A DNA stretch of 64,000 nucleotides from an uncultured virus (IMG/VR IMGVR_UViG_3300011842_000033) (Duplodnaviria; Heunggongvirae; Uroviricota; Caudoviricetes): the IMG/VR virus record IMGVR_UViG_3300011842_000033. One strand, 5' to 3'. Of this stretch, positions 8,301 through 18,826 are shown in pieces (the first letter of the stretch is position 1; every line of letters begins with the position of its first letter). The notes beneath the pieces are model-generated. The model was not told the origin of the DNA, ran no database searches, and saw nothing but the letters and a program-made list of their open reading frames with translations. The position numbers were made by a program, and so were the translations under genes.

Positions 8301-9617
8301 ATGTCCAAAGTACTTCAACTGCGAAGCGAACGCGCCCAGCTCAACACCGAGCTGCAAGCGTTGGCCAAACTCGAGGCTGACGGTACCAGCCTCAATGCCG
8401 AGCAGCTGGCCAAGTTCGGCGAGCTCGAAGCACAGATCAACACCCTGTCCGACAAGATCAGCCGTGCCGAAAGCGCGGAGCGTGCTGCCGCTTCCGCCGC
8501 CGTACCGGTGAACGAAAGCGCTCAGGGCATTAACAGCCCGCCGGGCAGCCGTGTAGAAGGCCCGTACAACCAGCCGACCAAGCCCGATGTGGCAATGGCG
8601 CAGATGGTGCGCCTGCTCGTGCAAGCGCAGGGCAATCAGCAGCAGGCCGCCGAGCTGGCCAAGGTGAACGGTTTCGGCGCCGACGTGCACATGGCGCTGT
8701 CCACCGTGACCGCTGGTGCTGGCGGTGTGCTGGTGCCGGAGAATTTCAGCTCCGGCGTCATCGAGTCGCTGCGTCCGAAGTCGGTGGTTCGTCGCATGGG
8801 GGCGGTCAGCCTGCCGCTGAACAACGGCAACATGACCCTGCCGCGTATCAACGGCAATACCTCGGTCAGCTACATCGGTACCGAGCAGGATATCCCGCTG
8901 ACCGAGATGACCTTCGCCGACCTCAAGCTGTCGGCCAAGAAGGCTGCTGCCATCGTGCCGATCTCCAACGACCTGCTGGCCTTCTCCGGCGTCAACCCGC
9001 GCGTCGATGCGCTGGTCAGCAGTGACCTGGCCACCAGCATGGGCCTCTCCGAGGACCTGCACTTCATCCGTGGCTCGGGCGTCGACCCGCTACCCAAGGG
9101 CCTGCGCAACTGGGCGCCGGCTGGGCACATCATCGCTGCGCCGGCCGGTGTCACCCTGGCTGACGTCGATACCTTCCTCGGCGGCCTGATGCTGCGCCTG
9201 GAGGTGGCAAACGTCGACCTGGCTGCCTGTGGCTGGCTGATGCACCCGCGCACCATTCGCTGGCTGCAGAGCCTGCGAGATGGCAACGGAAACAAGGCCT
9301 ATCCGGAGATCGATGCCGGCCTGCTCAAGGGCTACAAGTGGGCACTCACTACCCAGATCCCGACCAACCTGGGCGCGGGCGGCAACGAGTCCGAAATCTA
9401 CTTCGTCAACTTCGCCGACTGCTACATCGGCGAGGTCGAGCAGCTGGCCATCGCCATCAGCACCGAGGCTTCCTACAAGGACGGCGAAGGCAACGTGGTT
9501 AGCGCCTTCCAGCGCGACCAGACACTGATCCGCGTGATCAGCAAGCACGACTTCGGCCCGCGCCATATCGAGTCGATCGCCATCGGTACCAGCGTCACCT
9601 GGGGTGCCGGCATGTAA
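8301..9617 (+). CDS. HK97-type major capsid protein
   Basis: Coiled-coil N-terminus, GGVLVPE, LRDGNG motif, position. Confidence 0.95.
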   Translation: MSKVLQLRSERAQLNTELQALAKLEADGTSLNAEQLAKFGELEAQINTLSDKISRAESAERAAASAAVPVNESAQGINSPPGSRVEGPYNQPTKPDVAMAQMVRLLVQAQGNQQQAAELAKVNGFGADVHMALSTVTAGAGGVLVPENFSSGVIESLRPKSVVRRMGAVSLPLNNGNMTLPRINGNTSVSYIGTEQDIPLTEMTFADLKLSAKKAAAIVPISNDLLAFSGVNPRVDALVSSDLATSMGLSEDLHFIRGSGVDPLPKGLRNWAPAGHIIAAPAGVTLADVDTFLGGLMLRLEVANVDLAACGWLMHPRTIRWLQSLRDGNGNKAYPEIDAGLLKGYKWALTTQIPTNLGAGGNESEIYFVNFADCYIGEVEQLAIAISTEASYKDGEGNVVSAFQRDQTLIRVISKHDFGPRHIESIAIGTSVTWGAGM

Positions 9618-9670
9618 CTGACTGCCCCGCCAGCCGGCGGGGCGTCCCTTGAACCAAGCGAGACTCCAAC

Positions 9671-9931
9671 ATGAGCAAGCCGACCATCATCAAGTTCAAG
9701 AAACCCTGGCAGGGCTACGGCCCGAACGAAGTGGCCGGGTTCGCCAAGGAAAAGGCCGATCAACTGATCGAAGCGGGCGTGGCGGAAGCCTACGCCAAGG
9801 GTAAGGTCGCCACGGCCACGCAGCCTGCCGCACCCAAGGGCGGCGCGGCCGGAGCTACAAACACTGGTGACAACACCGCCGAGAACAAAACCGGCGATAA
9901 CGACACCGTCGACCAAGACAAGAAGCCCTAA
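9671..9931 (+). CDS. Small head-associated protein
   Basis: Follows capsid; ADQLIEAGVAE motif. Confidence 0.65.
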   Translation: MSKPTIIKFKKPWQGYGPNEVAGFAKEKADQLIEAGVAEAYAKGKVATATQPAAPKGGAAGATNTGDNTAENKTGDNDTVDQDKKP

Positions 9932-9934
9932 GCC

Positions 9935-10486
9935 ATGGCCAAGCGAATCGCCTACACCGGTCCGCCGGTTCTGACGCTCGAAGAAGTGGCCCGGCAATGC
10001 CGGGTCGAAGTCGAAGACCTCCAGCCGGAGCTGATCGAGCTGATCATCATCCCCGGCGTAACGGCCCAGTGCGAGGCGCGGACCGGTGCGGCGATTCGTG
10101 AAGCCACCTATGAAGAGGAGTGGCCGCCGGCATACGGCTCCGGCCACGCCCTCGACGTGGGGCAGGTCAAGGAAGTGCAGTCGGTGAGCGTGCGCGAAAG
10201 CGACGGCTCACTGACCGCCTTGCAGGTGCCGCATGTGCTACAGCACAGCGCCCGCGAAAGCTTCCTCATCTTTCCTGCCGGGCGTCCTCCGGGGCGCTTG
10301 GTGATCCGTTACAGCGCCGGGGTCGATCTGGATGCTTACCCGGGCGTGAAAAGCTGGATGCTGATGCATGCAGCGACGGCCTTTGAGAATCGGGAAACCC
10401 TGATTGTCGGGACCATCGTTGCAGAACTTCCGACCAGCTACATGGATTCCTTGCTGGCTGAAGTAACCGTTCCGCCGAGGTTCTGA
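9935..10486 (+). CDS. Head-tail connector (gp6-like)
   Basis: LTLEEVARQCRV, FENRE motif. Confidence 0.8.
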   Translation: MAKRIAYTGPPVLTLEEVARQCRVEVEDLQPELIELIIIPGVTAQCEARTGAAIREATYEEEWPPAYGSGHALDVGQVKEVQSVSVRESDGSLTALQVPHVLQHSARESFLIFPAGRPPGRLVIRYSAGVDLDAYPGVKSWMLMHAATAFENRETLIVGTIVAELPTSYMDSLLAEVTVPPRF

Positions 10487-10487
10487 T

Positions 10488-10823
10488 ATGGCACAGGCTG
10501 GTTTCCGGGCGGGTCTGCTCCGCCAGCGAGTAGTCATCACTCGTCGCCAGGACGTGCCCGACGCCTTCACCGGCCTCGATGCGCAACACCTGGCGCCGGT
10601 AACCGTATGGGCGGCGCTGCTGCCAGTCTCCGGCGCGACGTGGATCGGGTCGCAGCAGGTTGGCAGCCAGATCACCCACCGCATCGTCGTCAGGCATCGC
10701 CCCTTGCTCACAGCTGACCATGAGGTCACCTACGGCAGTCGCGTCTTCCGCATCCGTCGCGTAAGCGATTGGGAGGAGCGTGGGCGCTGGACGGTGCTCG
10801 ATTGCGAGGAGTTGCAACGATGA
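10488..10823 (+). CDS. Head closure protein
   Basis: AGLLRQRVVI, TVWA, THRIVVR. Confidence 0.8.
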   Translation: MAQAGFRAGLLRQRVVITRRQDVPDAFTGLDAQHLAPVTVWAALLPVSGATWIGSQQVGSQITHRIVVRHRPLLTADHEVTYGSRVFRIRRVSDWEERGRWTVLDCEELQR

Positions 10824-11293
10824 CCGTTTACCGCTCGCCTCTGGTTCGCGTTGCGACCAAGGGCTACCTCGGCTGGAAGCTGGACACGCGGTACATCCGC
10901 AAACTGGTCCGCGAAACGGCCGGCAACATTCAACGCGACTCCACCGCGCTGCTGGAAGGCAGCACTGGTGCCGGACGGCTGTGGTACCGCCCGGGTGGCG
11001 GCCAGTACCGGGCCTCAGCGCCCGGTGCGCTGCCGGCGCGCCGTACGGGCCATCTGGCGCAGAGCATCCTTGCGCGCGTCAGTAAGCGCGACGGGCTGAA
11101 GGCCTGGATCGGGCCCAGCCGCGGTTCGTACAAAAAGGGCGAGTTCTACCCTGAGTTTCTCATCTCCGGCCGGGACCAGATCGAGCGCCGTCTCAGCGCC
11201 ACCAGCGTGGCCGGCCGAAAGCATCTGGCGCGGTTCTCACGTGAACTGAAGAAAGCGATGGAAAAAGGCATCAAGCCTGAGGCCGCGAAATGA
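10820..11293 (+). CDS. Tail completion / HK97 gp10-like protein
   Basis: ASAPGxxPARRTGxLAxSI motif, position. Confidence 0.65.
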   Translation: MTVYRSPLVRVATKGYLGWKLDTRYIRKLVRETAGNIQRDSTALLEGSTGAGRLWYRPGGGQYRASAPGALPARRTGHLAQSILARVSKRDGLKAWIGPSRGSYKKGEFYPEFLISGRDQIERRLSATSVAGRKHLARFSRELKKAMEKGIKPEAAK

Positions 11294-11865
11294 ACCTCGA
11301 CAATGTGATTACGCGGCTGCGCGTAGCGTGCCCCAGCTTCGCCGGGCGGGTGGCGGGTGCTGCCGAGTTTGCGGGCCTGCCGCCGAACTCGAAAGTCGCT
11401 CTGCCGGCGGCCTTCGTCATCCCGAATGCCGACCAGGCTGGCCAGCAGCAAAGCCAGAACCGCTACCGGCAGACCATTACCGATCGAATCGCCATCGTCG
11501 TCGTGCTGGATAACAGCGCCGACCGGCGCGGCCAGGCGGCGGTGACGGAGATTCACGACATCCGTGCCGAGCTATGGCGCGCGTTGTTGCTATGGCCGCC
11601 GGGCCCGGAATATGACGGGCTGGTGTACGAAGGCGGGCAGGGCGTCGACATGGATGCCGCCCGGCTCTACTACCAGTTCGAGTTCTCGGCCGAGGCGGAA
11701 ATCGGCATCGAGGACACCGCGCAGCCCGGCATGGTCGAGCAAATGCCACGGCTTGCTGGCATCGATGTCCGTGCCGATGTGATCGACCCCATGTACGACC
11801 CCAACCTGGCATCACGCGGGCCAGACGGCCGCATCGAAGCCGGCGCTGACATCACCTTGGAGTAA
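11290..11865 (+). CDS. Tail terminator-like protein
   Basis: Position before sheath; LPAAFVIP motif. Confidence 0.65.
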   Translation: MNLDNVITRLRVACPSFAGRVAGAAEFAGLPPNSKVALPAAFVIPNADQAGQQQSQNRYRQTITDRIAIVVVLDNSADRRGQAAVTEIHDIRAELWRALLLWPPGPEYDGLVYEGGQGVDMDAARLYYQFEFSAEAEIGIEDTAQPGMVEQMPRLAGIDVRADVIDPMYDPNLASRGPDGRIEAGADITLE

Positions 11866-11868
11866 CCC

Positions 11869-12027
11869 ATGCACCTCAAACCCGCCCGTAGCCGCGTCGT
11901 TATCGACCCGGCTACTGGCCAGCCTTTGCCCGAAAACGGCGCCAAGGTTGAGCCGACTCAGTACTGGTTGCGCCGTATCGCTGATGGCGACGTGACTGAA
12001 GCCAAGCCCTCGAAGGAGAAAAAGTAA
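11869..12027 (+). CDS. DUF2635 / Mu gp38-like small protein (not in ORF track)
   Basis: MHLKPARSRVVIDPATGQPLPENG...YWLRRIADGDV. Confidence 0.8.
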   Translation: MHLKPARSRVVIDPATGQPLPENGAKVEPTQYWLRRIADGDVTEAKPSKEKK

Positions 12028-13514
12028 TGTCGTCGATGAGTTTCAGCCAAATCCCTGCGGGGCTGCGGGTGCCGTTCTTCTACATCGAACTGGACAGCAG
12101 CAAGGCCAACAGCTTCAGCCAGACCATGCGGGTGCTGCTGATCGGCCTAATGGCCGCCGATGCGACTGCGGAGGCCGATGTGCCGGTCATCTGCCCCAGC
12201 GCCGAGCAGGCGCGCAGCCTGTTCGGTAGCGGCTCCATGGCCGCCGCCATGGTCGAGGCGTTCCGTGCGGGCAACCTGTTCACCGAGTTGTGGGTGGCTC
12301 CCGTAGCTGAGCCTGCTGCCGGTGTTGCGGCGGTGCGCACCATCACCTTCACCGGAGCCGCGACTGCCAGCACCGTTGCGGCGCTGTACGTTGGCGCGGC
12401 ACGCGTAGCGATCACAATCCGTGCTGCTGATACCGCCGCTGACGTCGCGGCTGCATTCGCTGCCGCCGTGAATGCAGCTCCGTCGCTGCCTGTCACTGCA
12501 ACCGCGCTGGATGGCACGCTGACGCTCACCTCGCGCTTCAAGGGTGAAGCGGGCAACGGCGTGCCGTTGGCGCTCAATCGCCGCGGCCTTGCGGGGGGCG
12601 AGTCGTTCCCGGCCGGTATCAGTGCCGGGGCGGTCACTGTCGGGGCGGCCGGCGGGGGTGCGCCTGATCTGTCCGGCGTGATCGCCAACCTGGGCGATGA
12701 GGAATACGACTTCATTGGTTGCGCCTTCAGCGATGCTGTCAGCCTCGACGCGCTGCGCGCGGAGATGGACGATACCACCGGGCGTTGGAGCTGGGCGCGG
12801 CAGGTTTACGGCCATGTCTACAGTGCCCGCCGTGGCACGCTGGCTGAGCTGCAGGCCTACGGCGCCACCCGGAACGACCAGCACTGCACCCTGTTCGGCG
12901 TCGAGCCGCGAGTAGGTGCGTGCGACCACGAGTACATCGCTGCCCGGGTTGCCCGGGAGGCCTCGCTGCTGTCCGCACATGTAGCCCGGCCCACCCAGAC
13001 CGGCGAGATCAGCGGCGTGCTGGCGCCGGCTTCGCATGAGCGCCTCACCCTGACCGAGCGGCAGACGCTGCTTTCCAGCGGTATCGCCACTCACTACAGC
13101 GGCAAGGACGGCGTGGTGCGCATCGAGCGCTCCATTACCACCTACCAGAAAAACCCCTGGGGCTCGAACGACACCAGCTATCTGGACAGCGAGAACCTGC
13201 ACCAACTGGCGTACGTCATGCGCTACCTGCGCACCGGCGTGACTACCCAGTTTGGCCGCCATGCCCTGCGCAGCGACGGCATTCGCGTGCCGGAAGGCGT
13301 TGCCACCCCGAGCATGATCAAGGCGCGCCTGGTGGCGGACTACGCCGCGATGGAGCGGGCCGGCATCGTCGAGCGTTCCGATCTTTTCGCAGAGAACCTC
13401 ATCGTCGAGATCGACGAAACCAACCCCAACCGGGTGAACGTGCTGTATCCGCCGGATCTCGTGAACCAGCTGCGCATCTTCGCGGTGCTCAACCAGTTCC
13501 GCCTGAATTACTGA
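12027..13514 (+). CDS. Mu-like tail sheath protein
   Basis: LRVPFFYIELD start; NRVNVLYPPDLVNQLRIFA end. Confidence 0.95.
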   Translation: MSSMSFSQIPAGLRVPFFYIELDSSKANSFSQTMRVLLIGLMAADATAEADVPVICPSAEQARSLFGSGSMAAAMVEAFRAGNLFTELWVAPVAEPAAGVAAVRTITFTGAATASTVAALYVGAARVAITIRAADTAADVAAAFAAAVNAAPSLPVTATALDGTLTLTSRFKGEAGNGVPLALNRRGLAGGESFPAGISAGAVTVGAAGGGAPDLSGVIANLGDEEYDFIGCAFSDAVSLDALRAEMDDTTGRWSWARQVYGHVYSARRGTLAELQAYGATRNDQHCTLFGVEPRVGACDHEYIAARVAREASLLSAHVARPTQTGEISGVLAPASHERLTLTERQTLLSSGIATHYSGKDGVVRIERSITTYQKNPWGSNDTSYLDSENLHQLAYVMRYLRTGVTTQFGRHALRSDGIRVPEGVATPSMIKARLVADYAAMERAGIVERSDLFAENLIVEIDETNPNRVNVLYPPDLVNQLRIFAVLNQFRLNY

Positions 13515-13526
13515 TAGGAGCCATCC

Positions 13527-13886
13527 ATGAAAAACCGCATTGCAGGCACCTGCTTTGTCAGCGTCGACGGCGACCAGCTGGAGCTTGGTGGCTCGCTGAG
13601 CCTGTCGTTGAACAGCTCGGAAAAGGAGGGGCTCGCCGGCCTCTCCGGCGTTGCCGGTTACAAGGAAACCCCGCGGGTGCCCTTCATCGAACTGGAATGC
13701 TTCGTGCCCAAGGGCTTCCCGCTGGCCAAAATCCGCGACGGCGACGGCCTGGTGATCACCGCCGAGCTGGCCAACGGCATGACCGGTGTGCTGTCCGAAG
13801 CCTGGCTGGCCGGTGAACTCGCCATCAACGGCGCCGAAGGCAACACCTCGCTGCGCTTCGAAGGGAAGGAAGGCAAATGGATCTGA
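13527..13886 (+). CDS. Mu-like tail tube protein
   Basis: RIAGTCFVSVDG, AELANG; follows sheath. Confidence 0.9.
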   Translation: MKNRIAGTCFVSVDGDQLELGGSLSLSLNSSEKEGLAGLSGVAGYKETPRVPFIELECFVPKGFPLAKIRDGDGLVITAELANGMTGVLSEAWLAGELAINGAEGNTSLRFEGKEGKWI

Positions 13887-14328
13887 CCATCACGCTTAAA
13901 AAGCCCATCGAAGCGCACGGCCAGACTGTCGAGCAAATTCACCTGACCGAGCCGACCGGGCAGCATGTCATCAAGCTAGGCGAGCCATTCGTCATGGGCG
14001 GCGGCGGTGGCGGGAGCATTCGTGAGCTGCCGGAAATCACCGTCAACTACATCGTCAAGTTGGCAAAGATTCCCCGTAGTTCCGCCGAGGCGCTCGCACC
14101 GAGCGACCGCAAGAAGGTGTTCTTGTGGCTGCTCCCTTTTTTGATGCCGGAGGACGTGGAGGAACAGGCAGCGGATCAGGAGGACTGATCGACTGCTGTT
14201 TCGAGATCGCCCGTTACTTCGGCGTGTCCCCTCAAGTGGTGCTGGACTTGCCGCACTCGGAGCGCGAGCTCTGGGAGCGGCAGGCCCTGCGCCTGGCCCA
14301 GCTTGAAAACGAGGCCGCCAATGGCTAA
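13877..14328 (+). CDS. Tail assembly chaperone (13877-14188) with -1 frameshift extension to 14328
   Basis: Slippery T TTT TTG at 14137-14143; -1 frame open to 14328. Confidence 0.75.
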
Positions 14329-15997
14329 GGCAAGTTTCACTGCCGTACTCGACGTCATCGACCGGGTCACCCGGCCGCTGAAAAAGATGGAGCGGCAAAT
14401 GCGCCCGTTCAAGCGGGCGTTTCAGGACATCGGCCGGGCCACCTCCGGGCTGCAGGCGACCATCACCGGACTGGTGGCGCCGCTCAGCGCCGTATTCGGT
14501 GCGGCGGGGCTGGGCAGCATTGGTGCGCTCGGCACCAAGGTCGTCAGCACGTCGGCCCAGTTCGAGCGCTTCGAAACGATCCTCTCGACCATCGAGGGGA
14601 GTTCGGACAAAGCCAAAGCGTCGATGGACTGGATCAGCCAGTTCGCCGCCCAAACGCCCTATGAGCTGGCCGGGGTCACCGATGCCTTCGTCAAGCTGAA
14701 GGCGTATGGCATCGACCCGCAATCCGGTGCACTGAAGTCGGCGGGTGACGCTGCTGCCGCGATGGGCAAGCCACTGGAACAGGCGGTGGAGGCGCTGGCC
14801 GATGCGATGACTGGCGAGAACGAGCGCCTCAAGGAATTCGGTATCACGACTGAGAAAGCCGGGGACAAGATCGTCTATCGCTGGCAGCAGAACGGCAAAG
14901 CCATGGTGGCCACCGCCAAGGCCAACTCGCGAGAGCAGATTCAGGCGGTAATCCAGGGTATCTGGAACGGCAACTACGGCGGTGCGATGGACAAGCTGTC
15001 GACCACCTGGGACGGCATGTGGTCCAACCTGCAGGACACCTTCACCCGCGTCTTCAAGATGATCGGGGATGCCGGCATCTTCGATGTGCTCAAGGGTGAA
15101 CTGAAAGGCGTGCTCGATTCGCTTCAGGCGATGGAGGCCGATGGTTCGCTGAAGAAGTTTGCGCAGGCGGTATCCGACAACCTCGTCAGCGTGTTCCGCG
15201 AGCTGAAGGGCTGGGTAATGGCCATCGACTGGCAGGGCGTTTGGGACAGCGTCAAGGGCTTCACCACTGGCGTGATCGATGTGACCAAGGCACTCGGCGG
15301 GCTCAAGGGAATCGCCATCATCATCGCATCCATCATTGGTCTGCAGGTGCTGTCTTCTGTTGTCGGATTGACGATGGGGCTGTTCTCGCTGGGTGTCACC
15401 GCCGGCCCTGCACTGATGGCAGTCGCCACCGGGTTCAAGGGGGTGCTGCTCGCCATGGGGCCCGTTGGCTGGATCCTTGCCGGTATCGGTACTGCTGCCG
15501 CGCTCATCTATGCCAACTGGGAAACGGTCGGCCCGTGGTTCGCTGCGATGTGGCAGGGCATCAAGGATGTGGCCTCGGCGACTTGGGATTGGCTGAAGGA
15601 CGCATTCTTCAGCTTTAGCCCGCTCGGCCTGGTGATCAAGAACTGGGAGCCGCTCGTTGGCTGGTTCTCAGGTCTTTGGGATCGGGTGAAGAAGTTCATC
15701 GAACCCATTACCGGCGCAGTGAGCAAGGTCGGCGGCTGGTTCGGCGGTGACGAAGAAGCGGCGCCAACGGCAGCATCAGGTGCCGGAGGCGGTGGGGTTG
15801 CTCCGCCCGGCGCGGTGACCGACGCCATCGCTCGCCAGCGTGCTTTGGTTTCCGGGAATCGCCAGAGCCTGGATGGGCAGATGGTGGTCAAGTTCGAGAA
15901 TGCCCCGCCAAGCATGCAGGTGCAGGCAGCGAAAACCAATCAGCCAGGGCTCGCCATGGAGGCGGACGTGGGGTACCGGTCGTTGGCGATGCCGTAG
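14321..15997 (+). CDS. Tape measure protein
   Basis: Ala/Gly-rich, W-periodic repeats, position after chaperone. Confidence 0.9.
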   Translation: MAKASFTAVLDVIDRVTRPLKKMERQMRPFKRAFQDIGRATSGLQATITGLVAPLSAVFGAAGLGSIGALGTKVVSTSAQFERFETILSTIEGSSDKAKASMDWISQFAAQTPYELAGVTDAFVKLKAYGIDPQSGALKSAGDAAAAMGKPLEQAVEALADAMTGENERLKEFGITTEKAGDKIVYRWQQNGKAMVATAKANSREQIQAVIQGIWNGNYGGAMDKLSTTWDGMWSNLQDTFTRVFKMIGDAGIFDVLKGELKGVLDSLQAMEADGSLKKFAQAVSDNLVSVFRELKGWVMAIDWQGVWDSVKGFTTGVIDVTKALGGLKGIAIIIASIIGLQVLSSVVGLTMGLFSLGVTAGPALMAVATGFKGVLLAMGPVGWILAGIGTAAALIYANWETVGPWFAAMWQGIKDVASATWDWLKDAFFSFSPLGLVIKNWEPLVGWFSGLWDRVKKFIEPITGAVSKVGGWFGGDEEAAPTAASGAGGGGVAPPGAVTDAIARQRALVSGNRQSLDGQMVVKFENAPPSMQVQAAKTNQPGLAMEADVGYRSLAMP

Positions 15998-16063
15998 CGT
16001 TCGTTGACTTTGCCTGTTTGCAGTGGACAATCGCGGCAGGACTATCAAATCAAGGAGGTTGCG

Positions 16064-16381
16064 ATGCGTTATCTACTACTGCTCGGACTGGCGGCGATGA
16101 GCCTCGGCGCTTTGGCTGCTCCCACCCAGGCGCAGCTCGACTTCGTGGAGTATCTCAAGAGCGACGAGGAGCCAAAGGTCAAGGACGCGACCTGGATGAC
16201 GGATGACAATCTCTACGTTGGTGTGATCGACGATGGTTCGAACCGTCGCGGTTTTGCCGAGTATCTATGCATGGTCGCTCCGGACCACGGTGCATCGCCT
16301 GCGATGATCAAGATCGTCGACATCGTTAAGGTCGTAAACGAAAACAAGTTCCACGAGCTGGGCAAGGCCTACTGCCGCTGA
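16064..16381 (+). CDS. Moron: small secreted protein
   Basis: Signal peptide, AGGAGG RBS, TTGACT..GACAAT upstream, terminator 16397-16421. Confidence 0.75.
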   Translation: MRYLLLLGLAAMSLGALAAPTQAQLDFVEYLKSDEEPKVKDATWMTDDNLYVGVIDDGSNRRGFAEYLCMVAPDHGASPAMIKIVDIVKVVNENKFHELGKAYCR

Positions 16382-16439
16382 TCCCACCGTTAACCGAAAC
16401 CCCGCCCCGGCGGGGTTTTTTATTGCCCGGAGAAAAGCC

Positions 16440-17729
16440 ATGGCCTGGCGTGATCGGCTGCAACCCGCCTCGTTTCGGGGCGTGGCGTTTGAATACCAGT
16501 CCGATGACCTGGGCGGCATCGGGCGGCGCAACGTGGTGCACGAGTACCCCAAGCGCGACGTACCCTACGTCGAGGACATGGGGCGCAGCGTCGAGGAGAT
16601 CAGCCTCGAAGCCATCGTCATCGGTCCCGACTACCTGACCCAGCTCGACGAGCTGCTCAAGGCGCTGCGTGCCGAAGGCCCCGGCGAGCTGGTCCACCCG
16701 TTCTATGGGCGGCTGCAGGTAGTTGCGTCGGGCTGTCGGGTGCGGCACACCTTCGAGGAGGGCGGGCTGGCGCGCGTCTCGATGACGTTCACCGAGGCCG
16801 GCGAGAACCAGTATCCGGCGGGCGGGTCCGTTCCGCAGCTGGAGATCGCCACCTTCCGCGAGTCCCTGCTGCAGTCCGCCTTCAATCGCTTCACCGATAA
16901 GTTCGGCATAGATGGTTGGCCGGACTGGGTATCGACCGACAGCCTGTCGGCGGTGCAGGAAGGCTTCACCACGGCGCAACAGCTCTATGGCGATTTCGTT
17001 TCAGGCGACTATGCCGGCCTGCTCAGCGGCATGCCGCTGCCGGGCTGGGTCGACCGCGCCGTGTTGGATGAAGTAGCCGGCGTGGTCGGTTACGCGCAAA
17101 CGGCGGTCGGCAAGATCCTCAACGGCACCTGGCCTTCCTTGCTGGGCGCCCCCGGTGCGCTGGCGACCAGCATGCTGGCCTTCGTCTCGAGCTTTGGCGG
17201 CGGGTCATCCGCGCGGTCGTATCGCCGCGCCACCGGTCCGACGGCGGCGCTCAGTCTGGCGCAGGCATACAGCGCGCAGCCACGCTTGCCGGCGGCGCGT
17301 GCTTCCTCCGCTGCGCTCACTCAGGCGCGGGGCAACATGGCGGCCGTACAGGATCTGTTCACCCAGGCGGCGATCGCCAAGGCGGCGGTCGAGCTGGCTG
17401 CGGTCGAGGAGCCGGTTTACGACGACCTGCAGGGCTGGAAGGGGCAGCTGGTCAGCGTGATCGATACGGAGATCGGCAGGCCTGGGCAGCCACAGCCCAC
17501 GGTCGAGGCGCTGGCAGAGCTGCGGGGCGCCGTCAGCCGCTATGTGCTCGCCGAGGCCGGTACCGCTTCGCGCCTGGTCGAAGTCACGCCGCGGCAGGTC
17601 ACACCGGCCGCGGTGCTGGCCTATGACCTCTACGACGACGCCAGCCGGGGCGAGGAGATCACCCGCCGCAACGGCCTGGCACACCCGGGTTTTGTGCCGC
17701 CGACCACGCTTAAGGTACTCAACGCATGA
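16440..17729 (+). CDS. Mu-like DNA circularisation protein
   Basis: WRDRLQPASFRGVAF, HEYPKRD, GELVHPFYG, HPGFVP. Confidence 0.9.
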   Translation: MAWRDRLQPASFRGVAFEYQSDDLGGIGRRNVVHEYPKRDVPYVEDMGRSVEEISLEAIVIGPDYLTQLDELLKALRAEGPGELVHPFYGRLQVVASGCRVRHTFEEGGLARVSMTFTEAGENQYPAGGSVPQLEIATFRESLLQSAFNRFTDKFGIDGWPDWVSTDSLSAVQEGFTTAQQLYGDFVSGDYAGLLSGMPLPGWVDRAVLDEVAGVVGYAQTAVGKILNGTWPSLLGAPGALATSMLAFVSSFGGGSSARSYRRATGPTAALSLAQAYSAQPRLPAARASSAALTQARGNMAAVQDLFTQAAIAKAAVELAAVEEPVYDDLQGWKGQLVSVIDTEIGRPGQPQPTVEALAELRGAVSRYVLAEAGTASRLVEVTPRQVTPAAVLAYDLYDDASRGEEITRRNGLAHPGFVPPTTLKVLNA

Positions 17730-18826
17730 AGGCAACCGAACGCGTGCGGCTGGTGGTCAACGGCCACGAGCATGCGGGCTGGAAGGAGGTACGGCTCTCG
17801 GCCGGCATCGAGCGCCAGTGTCGCGACTTCTCGCTCACCGTGACCGACCGCTGGCCAGGCAACGAAGTGATTCGCCGGGTTCGCCCCGGCGACCTGTGCG
17901 AAGTCTGGTTCGGCGCGGACAAGATGCTGACCGGCTACATAGACGCCACGCCGATCAGCTACGAGGCGGGGCAGGTGACGGTATCGGTCAACGGCCGCAG
18001 CAAGACCGCCGACCTGGTGGACTGCGCCGCGCAGCACCGCTCCGGCCAGTGGCGCAGCGCAAGCGTACTGCGCATCGCGCAGGAGCTGGCGGCGCCCTAC
18101 GGCGTCACGGTGCTGGCCGAGGTCGAGCCGGGCAATATCGCCGAGCATCAGCTCGAGCCGGGCGAAACGGTGTTCGAGAGCATCGACCGGCTGATCACCC
18201 AGAAGGCGCTGCTCGCCACGGATGATGGCGAGGGGCGGCAGATTCTCACCCGCGCAGGCCGGCTTCGCGCCGGTACCGCACTGGAAACCGGGGTGAACAT
18301 CCTCACCGGCTCGGCCTCGCTGGACTTCAAGGAACGCTTCTCCGAGTACATCTGCAAAGGGCAGCGCGCCGGAAATGATCAGGACTTCGGCGCAGCGGTC
18401 GCGCAGTCGGCCGCCAGCGTCACCGACGCCAGCATCACCCGTCGCCGCGTTATCGAACTGCGCGCAGAAGGGCAGGGCGATATCGCCGCCTGCCGTGATC
18501 GCGTGCGCTGGGAGGCGGCCTACCGCGCCGGCAAGAGTTACCAGACGACCTACACCGTGCAGGGCTGGCGCCAGGCCGATGGTTCGCTGTGGCTGCCGAA
18601 TCAGCGGGTACCGGTGCGCGACGGGGTAATGGGTTTCGATCTGGAGATGCTCATCGCTGAAGTTGAGTACAGCCAGAGCGAGGCGGGGACGATCGCCACG
18701 CTGACCGTGGCGCCGGTGGCAGCGTTCGAGCTGCTGCCCGAGGTACCCAAGCCCAAGGGCAAAAAGAAGAAGGGCAGCGGGGGCTTCTCCCTGCAGCCCG
18801 GTGAAACCCTGGTGGAGTTCAACTGA
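17726..18826 (+). CDS. Baseplate hub (Mu gp44-like)
   Basis: GRSKTADLVDC, RFSEY, GWRQADGSLW. Confidence 0.9.
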   Translation: MKATERVRLVVNGHEHAGWKEVRLSAGIERQCRDFSLTVTDRWPGNEVIRRVRPGDLCEVWFGADKMLTGYIDATPISYEAGQVTVSVNGRSKTADLVDCAAQHRSGQWRSASVLRIAQELAAPYGVTVLAEVEPGNIAEHQLEPGETVFESIDRLITQKALLATDDGEGRQILTRAGRLRAGTALETGVNILTGSASLDFKERFSEYICKGQRAGNDQDFGAAVAQSAASVTDASITRRRVIELRAEGQGDIAACRDRVRWEAAYRAGKSYQTTYTVQGWRQADGSLWLPNQRVPVRDGVMGFDLEMLIAEVEYSQSEAGTIATLTVAPVAAFELLPEVPKPKGKKKKGSGGFSLQPGETLVEFN

